From: an uncultured Gemmatimonadales bacterium
GTDB taxonomy: Bacteria; Gemmatimonadota; Gemmatimonadetes; Longimicrobiales; RSA9
Assembly (NCBI GenBank): GCA_963798085.1
Contig: CAWCRS010000001.1
Coordinates: forward strand, 256,001-320,000
Direction of reading: 5' to 3'
DNA: 64,000 bases
Positions 10,918-19,492 of the stretch are shown one piece after another. The position numbers were made by a program, and so were the translations under genes. The notes beneath the pieces are model-generated. The model was given only the letters and a program-made list of their open reading frames with translations, was not told the DNA's origin and searched no databases. The number at the start of each line of letters is the position of its first letter. Position 1 is the stretch's first letter.

Positions 10918-13680
10918 ATGATGCGCGTGCTGATGCTTTCGACCGCACGTGAGGAAGTGCGCACGTTCCCGCTTGCCGACTTCCAGGAGTCTGCCGTACG
11001 CCGGGCCCGGGAGATCCTGGCAAGTCGTGGAGGCGTGCTGATCGCGGACAGTGTGGGCATGGGCAAGACGTTCGTGGCGCTTGCACTCATCGAAAGCGCG
11101 CTCTCGGAGGGCGCTGCCTGTGTGCTGGTGGTGTCGCCCGCCGGGCTTCGCTCTCACTGGACGCCTCACCTGCGGCGGCTGGCACGCGCGCATGCGGTGC
11201 CCTTCTTCGGGCGCGGCGCTCGTGCTGCGGCGCAGGGCCCGCCGTCGCGGCCGTCAGGGAACGGCGGGCCCGTGCTCGGCTGGGCTTCGATCGCCATGAT
11301 TGCTCTGGGGCGCTGGACCGCCGCGCTGGAGGCGCCGCAGCTGCTGGTGGTGGACGAGGCGCACGCTTTCCGCAACCCTCTAACCAGGCGTTATCGGCAT
11401 CTCGCCTGGCTGGCCCGGTCCGCGCGGGTGGTACTGCTGTCGGCCACTCCCGTCAACAACTCGCTGCTCGATCTCTATCACCTGCTGCGACTGTTTCTGG
11501 GCCATGGCGACCTCGAGGACATGGGCGTACCCGACCTGCGTGCCGCGTTGCGGGCGGCCTCGCGTTCGCCGGACGGCCGGCTGCCGGCACCGCTGGACGC
11601 CGCCATTGCGGCCGTGATGGTACGGCGTACGCGCCACCTGCTGCTCTCCCGTGAGCCCGCGCTCGCCGCACGCTTTCCCCGCCGGGCTTCGCCAAAGGCC
11701 GTGCTGTACGACATGGACGTCGTAGCTCCCCGTTTCTTCGAACGTGCGGGCGAGCTCGTGCACGACCTGAGGCTTGCGGCTTTCGATGGTGACGCCCTGC
11801 ACGTCACGACTGCGGCGCTGCTGCGGTGCGTGCTGCTCAAGCGTCTGGAATCGAGCGTCGCTGCTTTGCACGCCACGGCGCAATCGCTGGAGCGCTACCT
11901 CGGTGCGTTCAGCGAGGCGCTGGCGGCGGGCTACCGGTTGCGCGCCACCGATCATCGCGCTCTCACGAGCAGGGGCGAGGGACAGCTGGTGTTCCTGCCC
12001 CTGGCGTTACCGCCAGCGAGCGCCCGCGTCGATCGGACGGCCTTGCTGGCGAGCGCCGCGGCGGACTGCATGGTGCTGCAACGTCTGCGGGCCCTGGTGC
12101 GGCCCGCGTTGCTCCAGGATCCCAAGCTGTGCGCGCTGCGCGAGCTGCTCCGGACCGAGCTGGCCGGGCGGAAGACGCTGGTCTTTACGGAATACCGCGA
12201 AACCGCGACGCACCTCTGGCAATCGCTGCGCGGAGAATTTCGAGTCGCGCTTGTGCATGGCGGCGGCGCTCGGATGGGGGGTCTGCGGGCAGGACGGCGG
12301 GAGACGATCGAGCTGTTCTCGCCTGCGGCCAGCGGTCGGCGGGCGCCCCGCGAGTCGGAGCGCATTGACGTGCTGATTGCCACGGACGTGCTGGCGGAGG
12401 GCTTCAATCTGCAGGATGCGTCGGATGTGGTGAGCTACGATCTGCCGTGGAACCCGGTGCGACTGATTCAGCGCGCCGGTCGCATTGACCGTCTCGGATC
12501 GCCGCACGCCCGCATCTGCTGTCACAGCTTCCTGCCGGGTGCGGGCCTCGAACCGCTGCTTGGTCTGGTCGAGCGCCTCAATACGAAGCTGTCGGCGATC
12601 CGGGCGGGTGTGGGCGTTGAGGCCAGGGTATTGCCGGCACTCGCAGCCGGCGAATCAGGCCGTCGCGCGACGGGGCGCCGTGGCGCACGCCGCGACAGCG
12701 CGCCGCCGTCCCGTGCGGCGGGTGCCCAGGCGAACGCCGGCACGCACAGTGCGCAGTCGTTCATTGCGCCCGAGGAAGGAGCAGGCGCGCCGGCGCCGGC
12801 ATTGGCTGCGCGCGTGATACGGCGACTGGCCGCGGGTGATGCCACGCTCTTCGACGACCTGGAGGAGCAGGAAGACTGTGTTCTCGCCATCGAGGAGCGG
12901 CTCCGCGTGGCGTATCAACGGTCGCAGAGAGAACGGGAGTCGCAGATCCGTGCCGGCCACCCTGACGACGTGTTGGAAGTCGCGCTGCTCACCGGCCCGG
13001 GTGACGGGCAGCCCTGCTGTGTGGCCGCGGTGGAAGTTCGCGGCAGGCTGCGCTGGTGCCTGGTGTCGGCGAATCAGGAGGTCACGGAAGACAGGACGAG
13101 CGCGTTCGGACTGCTGCTGCGCGGGCTCGAAGCCGGGCCGCGCGCTGCCCCGGATGCGGCCATGCCGGATGCCTTGCTCGCAGCCGCTGCAATGCGTGCG
13201 GCGCAGGCAGTGGTGCGGTTTTCGGCTGCATGGTCGCGACCGGCTGCTGCGGCGGCGGGTCGCGTGCGGTGGGTACTGCGCACCCGCGTGCTGCGCAGCC
13301 TGGCGGTGGAGCCGGGCGGTGCGGACGCCGCGCTCTGTGCGCGCGCCGAACGCGTGCTTGCGGCGCTGGCGGCAGGTGGTCGCGCCGGCACTGACATCGC
13401 GTTAGCGGAGCTGCTGCGCAGACCCGGCCCGCGCGCAGCGGACGGTGCTCGTGGGCCGCAGCGCACAGCGGACAGTCTTCGTGGGCCGCCGCGCGCAGCG
13501 CTTCGCCCGGGCTCGACCGCACTGCTGCTCGACGGCATGGAGGCGGCTCTGGGCGCGGGCCGCGGAGCAGCCGGGCGACCACCGCCCGGCGCCGCCTCCG
13601 GCTCGGAGACTCGGAGCACCAGCGGTCAGCCTGCCGTGCCGCGTATCACCGGGATCCTTGTGGTCGCACGCCCGCCGTGA
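10918..13680 (+). CDS. SNF2-family (SF2) helicase/ATPase
   Basis: LIADSVGMGKT, LVVDEAH, LSATPVNN, LVFTEY, ATDVLAEGFNLQ, YDLPWNPVRLIQRAGRIDR. Start uncertain (10882-10933). Confidence 0.93.
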   Translation: MMRVLMLSTAREEVRTFPLADFQESAVRRAREILASRGGVLIADSVGMGKTFVALALIESALSEGAACVLVVSPAGLRSHWTPHLRRLARAHAVPFFGRGARAAAQGPPSRPSGNGGPVLGWASIAMIALGRWTAALEAPQLLVVDEAHAFRNPLTRRYRHLAWLARSARVVLLSATPVNNSLLDLYHLLRLFLGHGDLEDMGVPDLRAALRAASRSPDGRLPAPLDAAIAAVMVRRTRHLLLSREPALAARFPRRASPKAVLYDMDVVAPRFFERAGELVHDLRLAAFDGDALHVTTAALLRCVLLKRLESSVAALHATAQSLERYLGAFSEALAAGYRLRATDHRALTSRGEGQLVFLPLALPPASARVDRTALLASAAADCMVLQRLRALVRPALLQDPKLCALRELLRTELAGRKTLVFTEYRETATHLWQSLRGEFRVALVHGGGARMGGLRAGRRETIELFSPAASGRRAPRESERIDVLIATDVLAEGFNLQDASDVVSYDLPWNPVRLIQRAGRIDRLGSPHARICCHSFLPGAGLEPLLGLVERLNTKLSAIRAGVGVEARVLPALAAGESGRRATGRRGARRDSAPPSRAAGAQANAGTHSAQSFIAPEEGAGAPAPALAARVIRRLAAGDATLFDDLEEQEDCVLAIEERLRVAYQRSQRERESQIRAGHPDDVLEVALLTGPGDGQPCCVAAVEVRGRLRWCLVSANQEVTEDRTSAFGLLLRGLEAGPRAAPDAAMPDALLAAAAMRAAQAVVRFSAAWSRPAAAAAGRVRWVLRTRVLRSLAVEPGGADAALCARAERVLAALAAGGRAGTDIALAELLRRPGPRAADGARGPQRTADSLRGPPRAALRPGSTALLLDGMEAALGAGRGAAGRPPPGAASGSETRSTSGQPAVPRITGILVVARPP

Positions 13681-13714
13681 ACGCACGCCGGTCGGGATCG
13701 CGGATGCTGGATCG

Positions 13715-13780
13715 CCGGACTGGCGGACCGGCGGGACCGGCGGACGGGTGGATTGGGCGATCGGCGAATCGGCGAGAATC
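13715..13780. repeat. Degenerate ~8-bp tandem repeat (GGCGGACC / GGCGAATC-like) between convergent genes
   Basis: ccggactggcggaccggcgggaccggcggacgggtggattgggcgatcggcgaatcggcgagaatc. Confidence 0.5.
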
Positions 13781-13863
13781 GAGCAGGGCAGCGAAACCGA
13801 CCAGCCCCCGCCCGCGTCGAGGCGGGCAGGGGCTGGACGGAGAAGGTCGCCTGTAATGTTGTG

Positions 13864-15229
13864 TCAGTCCGGCACGACCCATGTGTTGCCGGTGCCACCC
13901 TTGACTGCGTGCACCAGTCCCGAGTTCGGTGCGGAGTCGGATCGTGGAGGACGTCCGCCGAACATGTTGAAGTCGAGCGCAGCCACGCCGGGCAGCGGTA
14001 TGGTAATGGTGAAGCTGCCCTCGACCTTGTCGGGGATGGTGATGGCCAATGTGACGAGGATCCCGGTGAGCGTGCGCGGCTCGACCAGAGTCAGCGTGCA
14101 GCCGGTGACAACGCAGTGCACGCGCACGGAGATGTCCATCGGCGAAGGGGCGCCGACGTGGCCGCTGAACAGGTAGTCACCGGCGCCGCGGAAGCGCGTC
14201 GTCAGGATGAAGTTGTCGGTCGGTCCGCCGTTCTTGAACTCCCAGCCGTACGTCGTCAGGCCGACATCCTCGCCGCCCGTGTTGTCGCCGAGCGGGTCGA
14301 GGAGATAGCCGATGTTGGAGCGGCGGGGCTCGCTGATCAGCTTGACTGTCGAGGTTCCGCCCGGTCCCGCAGGCGGCAGGTCGCCGACGAACACGTTGCT
14401 GCCCTGATCACCCTGGGCCACGGCGTTGGTCTCGACGATCGCGTCGAAACCGGTGCCGGTGCTGAAACCGTCGAGAATGGCAGCTCGTTGCGCCCGCGGG
14501 CGCCGTGGTGACACCGAGCAGGATGCCGCGCGGCAGATTGGCGTAGGCCGAAGCCCACGACGGCAGCGGCGGCACCGGCCCGGTCAGCGGCAGAATGATG
14601 AAGACATTCTCTGTGCTGGGCAGTGTCAGCGTATGACCGGCCGCATCCAGGAAGTTGCAGTCCAGGGCGCCGCCGCGGATGAACTGAAGTGTGATGTTGT
14701 GCGTGTCGGGCGGCCCGGACAGCACGAGTCCGGGATTGACCACGAGCCGGGAATAGTTGGGTGGGTCGAGCGGGACCCAGCCTGTCGCTGCACTGGGGTC
14801 GTACAGCACACCCAGGTTGTTCACGCCCTGTGTGCCGCTCGTGTTGATGAGAGGCGACCCTTCGGGGAGCGGGGCCAGCACGAGCGGCTGCTCGAGGCCG
14901 GGCAGAATCGGACCCGGGTCCTTGAGGTTGCGGGCGTGCAGTAGATAGCTGCCATCAGGGAGCTCGAAGTCCGCGAGACCCAGCGGACCGGCCTGCTCCA
15001 CGTCGTATTCCCCGGTTGCCACGTTGGCGGCGGTCACGACGGCGCCGGGCACCGGATTCTGATCCGGGTCCAGGACGGTGACCACTACCTTGTGGGTGCC
15101 AGGGCTCAGGGAGGCTGCGGGACTGAACTGCGGGCTGGATGGTCCGCGCTCCTGAGAGCACGCGGCCAGCGTCGCTGTCAGCGCAAGAACACATGCGCCG
15201 ACCGAGCGCAACATCGCGTTGGGCTTCAT
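13864..15229 (-). CDS. Lipoprotein with carboxypeptidase-regulatory-like (beta-sandwich) domain; frameshift near 14480
   Basis: MKPNAMLRSVGACVLALTATLAAC lipobox; VVVTVLDPDQNPVPGAVVTA...LPDGSYLL. Reading continues ATSC|ILDGFSTG in the adjacent frame to 13864. Confidence 0.75.
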
Positions 15230-15490
15230 GGGAACCTCGGGGAGTAGGTTCTGAGTACGCGGCGGGGCGTCCCTGCCCCCCGGTGCACGAGCAATGATTC
15301 CATGCATTGCCGACGGTCTACGACCGTCCGGGGCGTGCAACCGGTTCGGGAACGTGCGGCGCGCGAAATATCGGTGTGACGCGCCGAGCACGGCAAGTAG
15401 TGTTCCTGTCCACATCCACTTTGACGGCTTCCTGGCGCGGTTTTCTCTCCAGTCGTGGAATGCGACGGGGCCGGGGCTGTGGATCAGCCT

Positions 15491-15638
15491 CGTTGCCTGG
15501 GCTGATTGCTGGGGCTGGCCACCTGGGAACGGATTGGTGTTCGAGGGTCCACGGCAGGACGCGTCGACCCGCCCGTCTCGCGGATCGGGCGGCATTTCGC
15601 TCCCGAGCAACCAGCCCCAGGAACCAGCCCCGGCAACG
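15491..15638. repeat. Long imperfect inverted repeat (28-bp arms) in a divergent intergenic region
   Basis: cgttgcctgggctgattgctggggctgg (15491-15518) vs ccagccccaggaaccagccccggcaacg (15611-15638); 25/28 complementary. Confidence 0.75.
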
Positions 15639-15760
15639 CAGTCCGCGGTCCGAATGGGAAATCTCGAGACGGATTTCGTCTCACATGTGAGGCGAGGTGG
15701 AGGCGCGGGTAGGCGAACCGGGGCGTCGCCTGATACATTGATTCAAAACGCAATGAGGAG

Positions 15761-18406
15761 TTGGCAGGGCCTTTGGGTTTCGTCGGACGGCGGACGGAGC
15801 TGGACCGCGTCACGAATGCGGTGGCGGGCTGCATCGAGAGTGGTGCAGGCCGCGCGGTGTTCATCGAGGGCCCGGCCGGTGTCGGCAAGACCACGCTGGC
15901 CACGGCGCTGATCGAGGAGTGCCTGGCGAAGTGGCCAGGGCTGGCGGTAGCCCGGGGCCGCTGCGTGCAGGCTTTCGAGAGCGGCGACCCGTACCTCGTG
16001 TTCGTCAATGCGTTGCGCGACCTGTCGGACGAATCGACCGCCGGGTTCGTGAGCCGCTCGACGATCTCGAGCCTGCTGAAGGAGCTGGCGCCGCACTGGC
16101 TGCAGGTGGTACCGGTGGTGGGCAACCTGCTGTCCGCGGCCATGGCGACGGCCACGGAGGTACAGGGCCGGCTGAAGAAGGCGGGCGCGCCCTCCCGCGA
16201 AGCGCTGTTCGTGCAGTACCTCGAGCTGATTACGCGACTGGCTCGCCAGTCCCCGCTCCTGCTCTTCCTGGATGACCTCCACTGGGCCGATCACGCGTCG
16301 CTCGCGTTGCTCAGCTATCTGGCGCGCGGTTTGGGGCATCTCCCTGTCGCCATTGTGGGCACGCTGCGGGCGCTGCAGGCGGAGCACACCGATCCGGCAC
16401 TCAGCCAGACCATTCTGGAACTGGAGCGGGAAGACCTGGCATTGCGGGTCCCGCTGGGAGAGCTGGATCCGACCGCGCTGGAGGATCTGCTGAAGGATGT
16501 GCTGCAGGGCGACGTCGCGGAGCCGCTGCGGCGCTGGGTGCACCGCACGGCCGGTGGCAACCCGCTGTTTGCCTCGGAACTCGCCCGGCTGCTGCTCTCC
16601 ACGGGCGGCATAGTGAACGAGCGCGGCGAGTGGCAGCTGACCGAAGCGGCGCAGCAGACCGAAGTGCCGCGTTCGGCTGAGGCCGTGATCGAGAAGCGCC
16701 TGCAGCGTCTGGCGCCCGAGGAGCTGAACCTGCTGCAGTACGCCAGCGTCAATGGCACCGACTTCGATTCCGCGGTGCTCGCCCGGTTGCTCGGCCAGGA
16801 TGAACTGGAGGTGCTGGACGCGCTGCAGCCGCTGGAGCGCAAGCACGGTCTGGTGGATTCGACGGGCGACCTGCCATTGCCCGATGGCGACATCGCAATG
16901 GCGTTCCGGTTCCGCCACGCCCTGGTGCAGACAGTGCTGTACCGGCAGGTCGTGGGCAAGCGCCGGATCCTGCTGCACCGCAAAGCGGGCGAGGCGCTGG
17001 AGACGCTGTATGGCGACACGGCCGATCAGGTTGCCGGCCGGCTCGCGCGCCACTTCCACGAAGGCCGGCAAACGGATCGGGCCCATCGGTTCGCGCGTGT
17101 CGCCGCTGATGCCGCGGCCGTCGTGTTCGCCAACTGGGAAGCCGTGGAGTACCTCGACATCGCGCTGAAGAATGCGAAGCAGCCGCTCGAGCTGGGCTGG
17201 GTCAACGAGCGACTGGGCGACATCTACGGCCTGGTGGGTCATTACGCCAACGGAATCGCGTGTTATCGCGCGGCGCACGCGACTGCGGATGAGGCTGCGC
17301 GCGTGCGCATCGAGCGCAAGATCGCGACGCTGGAGCGGCGCTCCGGCCTCACGCCGGCGCCCGAGCTGGCGCAGCGCGTGCGCGCGCTGCTGCCGCGCGC
17401 GCACGCTCCGGCCGAGCATTGCATGGTATTGCTGGAGCTGACTCGCCTGCCGGGTGGAACCGGGGCGACGGATCTGGCCTCCGAGGCGGTGCGCATTGCC
17501 AGCACACTGGAAGATCGCATGCTGCTGGCGGAGGCACTGGAGCGGCTGGCGGTTGCGCACCTGTTCGTCGAGGGCGGCGTGCAGGATGCCTTCCCGCATC
17601 TGCAGCGCGCGCTGGAGATCGCCGAATCCGTGAATGACCCCTCGCTGGTCGCGAAGTATCACAGCATCGCGGGCATTGCTCATGCGAAGTTAGGGCATTA
17701 CGCGGACGCGCGCATTGATCTGCAGGAAATGCTCAAGGCTTTCGAGCGCATGGGCAATCCGAACGGCATTGGCGCTGCCTGCACGAATCTGGGCGCCGTG
17801 CTGCTGCGTTCCGGTCTGTACGACGAAGCGGAGCGCATGCTCGATCGGGCGAGGTCGATACACGAGCGGCGTGATCGCGCGACCGTGGTCGAGTCATTGT
17901 ACAGCCTGGCCATGCGCGCTCTGCTTTCCGGCGACCTGGCGCTGGCGCTGGAGCGCTATGGCCTTTTGCTCGAGCACGCCCGCGAGTTCCAGCACTGGAA
18001 TTCGGAGGCGGTCGCGCACGCGGGCATGGGACTCTGCTGGCTGGAGCAGGGACGCGTTTCCGAGGCGAGGCAGGCGGCGGAGAGTGCGCGCGCAGCGGTC
18101 GCGGGCCACGATCACTGGTTCGAGGATCGCGACCTGCTCGAGCTGTTCCTGGCGCGACTCAATGCGGTGGATGGACAGCTGGACGCAGCGGTGGCGCGGC
18201 TCGCATCCGCGGCCGAAGCACTGCGTCCGCGGGATATCTACCTCTGGGCGCGCATCGAGCTGGAGCGTGCGCGCCTGCTGCAGCAGATGGACCTGGATGC
18301 GGCGGCGGATGTCGTGGACCGCGTTGCCGAGGCCACGGCCGGCATTCAGTCACCGCCCATCGCGTCGGCAATGTCGGCGCTGCGTGAGCGGCTGGCCGTC
18401 GCATGA
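15761..18406 (+). CDS. AAA ATPase (AAA_16 / STAND-like) with C-terminal TPR repeats; no recognisable effector domain
   Basis: FVGRRTEL, Walker A GPAGVGKT, Walker B LLFLDDLHWAD, TAGGNPLF, FRFRHAL, then helical TPR-like repeats. Confidence 0.9.
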   Translation: MAGPLGFVGRRTELDRVTNAVAGCIESGAGRAVFIEGPAGVGKTTLATALIEECLAKWPGLAVARGRCVQAFESGDPYLVFVNALRDLSDESTAGFVSRSTISSLLKELAPHWLQVVPVVGNLLSAAMATATEVQGRLKKAGAPSREALFVQYLELITRLARQSPLLLFLDDLHWADHASLALLSYLARGLGHLPVAIVGTLRALQAEHTDPALSQTILELEREDLALRVPLGELDPTALEDLLKDVLQGDVAEPLRRWVHRTAGGNPLFASELARLLLSTGGIVNERGEWQLTEAAQQTEVPRSAEAVIEKRLQRLAPEELNLLQYASVNGTDFDSAVLARLLGQDELEVLDALQPLERKHGLVDSTGDLPLPDGDIAMAFRFRHALVQTVLYRQVVGKRRILLHRKAGEALETLYGDTADQVAGRLARHFHEGRQTDRAHRFARVAADAAAVVFANWEAVEYLDIALKNAKQPLELGWVNERLGDIYGLVGHYANGIACYRAAHATADEAARVRIERKIATLERRSGLTPAPELAQRVRALLPRAHAPAEHCMVLLELTRLPGGTGATDLASEAVRIASTLEDRMLLAEALERLAVAHLFVEGGVQDAFPHLQRALEIAESVNDPSLVAKYHSIAGIAHAKLGHYADARIDLQEMLKAFERMGNPNGIGAACTNLGAVLLRSGLYDEAERMLDRARSIHERRDRATVVESLYSLAMRALLSGDLALALERYGLLLEHAREFQHWNSEAVAHAGMGLCWLEQGRVSEARQAAESARAAVAGHDHWFEDRDLLELFLARLNAVDGQLDAAVARLASAAEALRPRDIYLWARIELERARLLQQMDLDAAADVVDRVAEATAGIQSPPIASAMSALRERLAVA

Positions 18407-19383
18407 GCGAAGCACTGGCGACCACGAGCCCGGGCGAAGCGTCGCTCGCTGCTTTCGCCGAGAGCCTTGCGACAGCGCGTGCGGGCACACCTGCCTTGTT
18501 GCTCTTCACGGGCAATGGCGGTGGTCCACGCAGCGAGCTGTCACTGCTCGCGCAGGACGCGCCCGCGGGGCGTGGCACGCGTGTAGTGGAAGTCGAGCCT
18601 GGCATTGCGGGGCGCTACGACCCGGTGGCCGCGGCGTGCCGCAACTGGCAGCAGGGCGTGGTGCGCGTTTCCTTCGAAAGCACGGGCTCGCGGCTGGCGC
18701 TCGAGTGGCTGCAGGTGCTGCCGGTCTGGGGTGATCTGCTGGCGGCGATCGCGGAGACGTGGCGCGCGCTGCGCGAGCGCAAACACGAAGGGCAGCGCGA
18801 TGTCGAAGCTGCCCGGCTGCTGCACGCCGCACGGCGCCGCCCGATCGTGCTGGTGCTGCACGACCTGCATCTCGCGGATCACGCGGCCGCGCATCGTCTG
18901 GCCGCGCTGATCGCACACGCGGGCGCGCGCTCGCGGCTTCTGATCGTGGGCGGTGTCGAGCTGTCGGCACAGGGCACGGCGCAGCCGGCGATTCTCGACG
19001 TCGCGGGGTTTCTGCCTGCGGAGCGTGTGCATGTGGAACGGCTGGCCACACAGGGCGGCGCCGTGCTCGACTCGCTCGCCGGCTCGTCACGGGACGCGCT
19101 CAATGCGGTGCACGCGGCCGCGGTGCTGGGTGATTCCTTCAATGGCGCCAGCGTCGCCCGCATGCTCGAGATCGATGAGCTGAGCGCGGAGGACCGGCTG
19201 GCCCTGGCCGTGCGCAGTGGCCTCATCCATGTGGCGGGTGTGATCGATCTGCCGGATGGCGATATCGTGACCGAGTACCGCTTCGAGGCCGGTGGCGTGC
19301 GCGTGGCCACTCTCGCCGCGATCCCCGCCGACGTCCTGACCAGACTGCGCCACCGCGCGCAACAGGCAAGACCCGTCCGCTGA
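18403..19383 (+). CDS. Truncated, degenerate paralogue of the upstream ATPase domain (pseudo-ATPase)
   Basis: ATGA overlap. Shared blocks WLQVLPVWGDLL, VLVLHDLHLADHA, LPDGDIVTEYRF. Walker A replaced by GNGGGPRS. Confidence 0.8.
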   Translation: MSEALATTSPGEASLAAFAESLATARAGTPALLLFTGNGGGPRSELSLLAQDAPAGRGTRVVEVEPGIAGRYDPVAAACRNWQQGVVRVSFESTGSRLALEWLQVLPVWGDLLAAIAETWRALRERKHEGQRDVEAARLLHAARRRPIVLVLHDLHLADHAAAHRLAALIAHAGARSRLLIVGGVELSAQGTAQPAILDVAGFLPAERVHVERLATQGGAVLDSLAGSSRDALNAVHAAAVLGDSFNGASVARMLEIDELSAEDRLALAVRSGLIHVAGVIDLPDGDIVTEYRFEAGGVRVATLAAIPADVLTRLRHRAQQARPVR

Positions 19384-19492
19384 TCCGCCCGCCGCTGAGA
19401 AGCGCGGCACAACCTCCCGTTATCCCTCCGGAAGCCTGAAGTCACCCGGCCGCTTCGCCGCGCGCGATGCGGCGCTCCTTCGAACAGGCGTC

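Noticed and set aside
13426..13505. ~30-bp coding repeat in the SNF2 tail (GPRAADGAR / GPQRTADSLR / GPPRAALR)
   Set aside because: Short degenerate duplication in a low-complexity tail; no evidence of a separate function.
6737..13680. Calling the locus DISARM or BREX
   Set aside because: No drmA/drmB (DUF1998), pglZ or brxC recognised; only shared component families.
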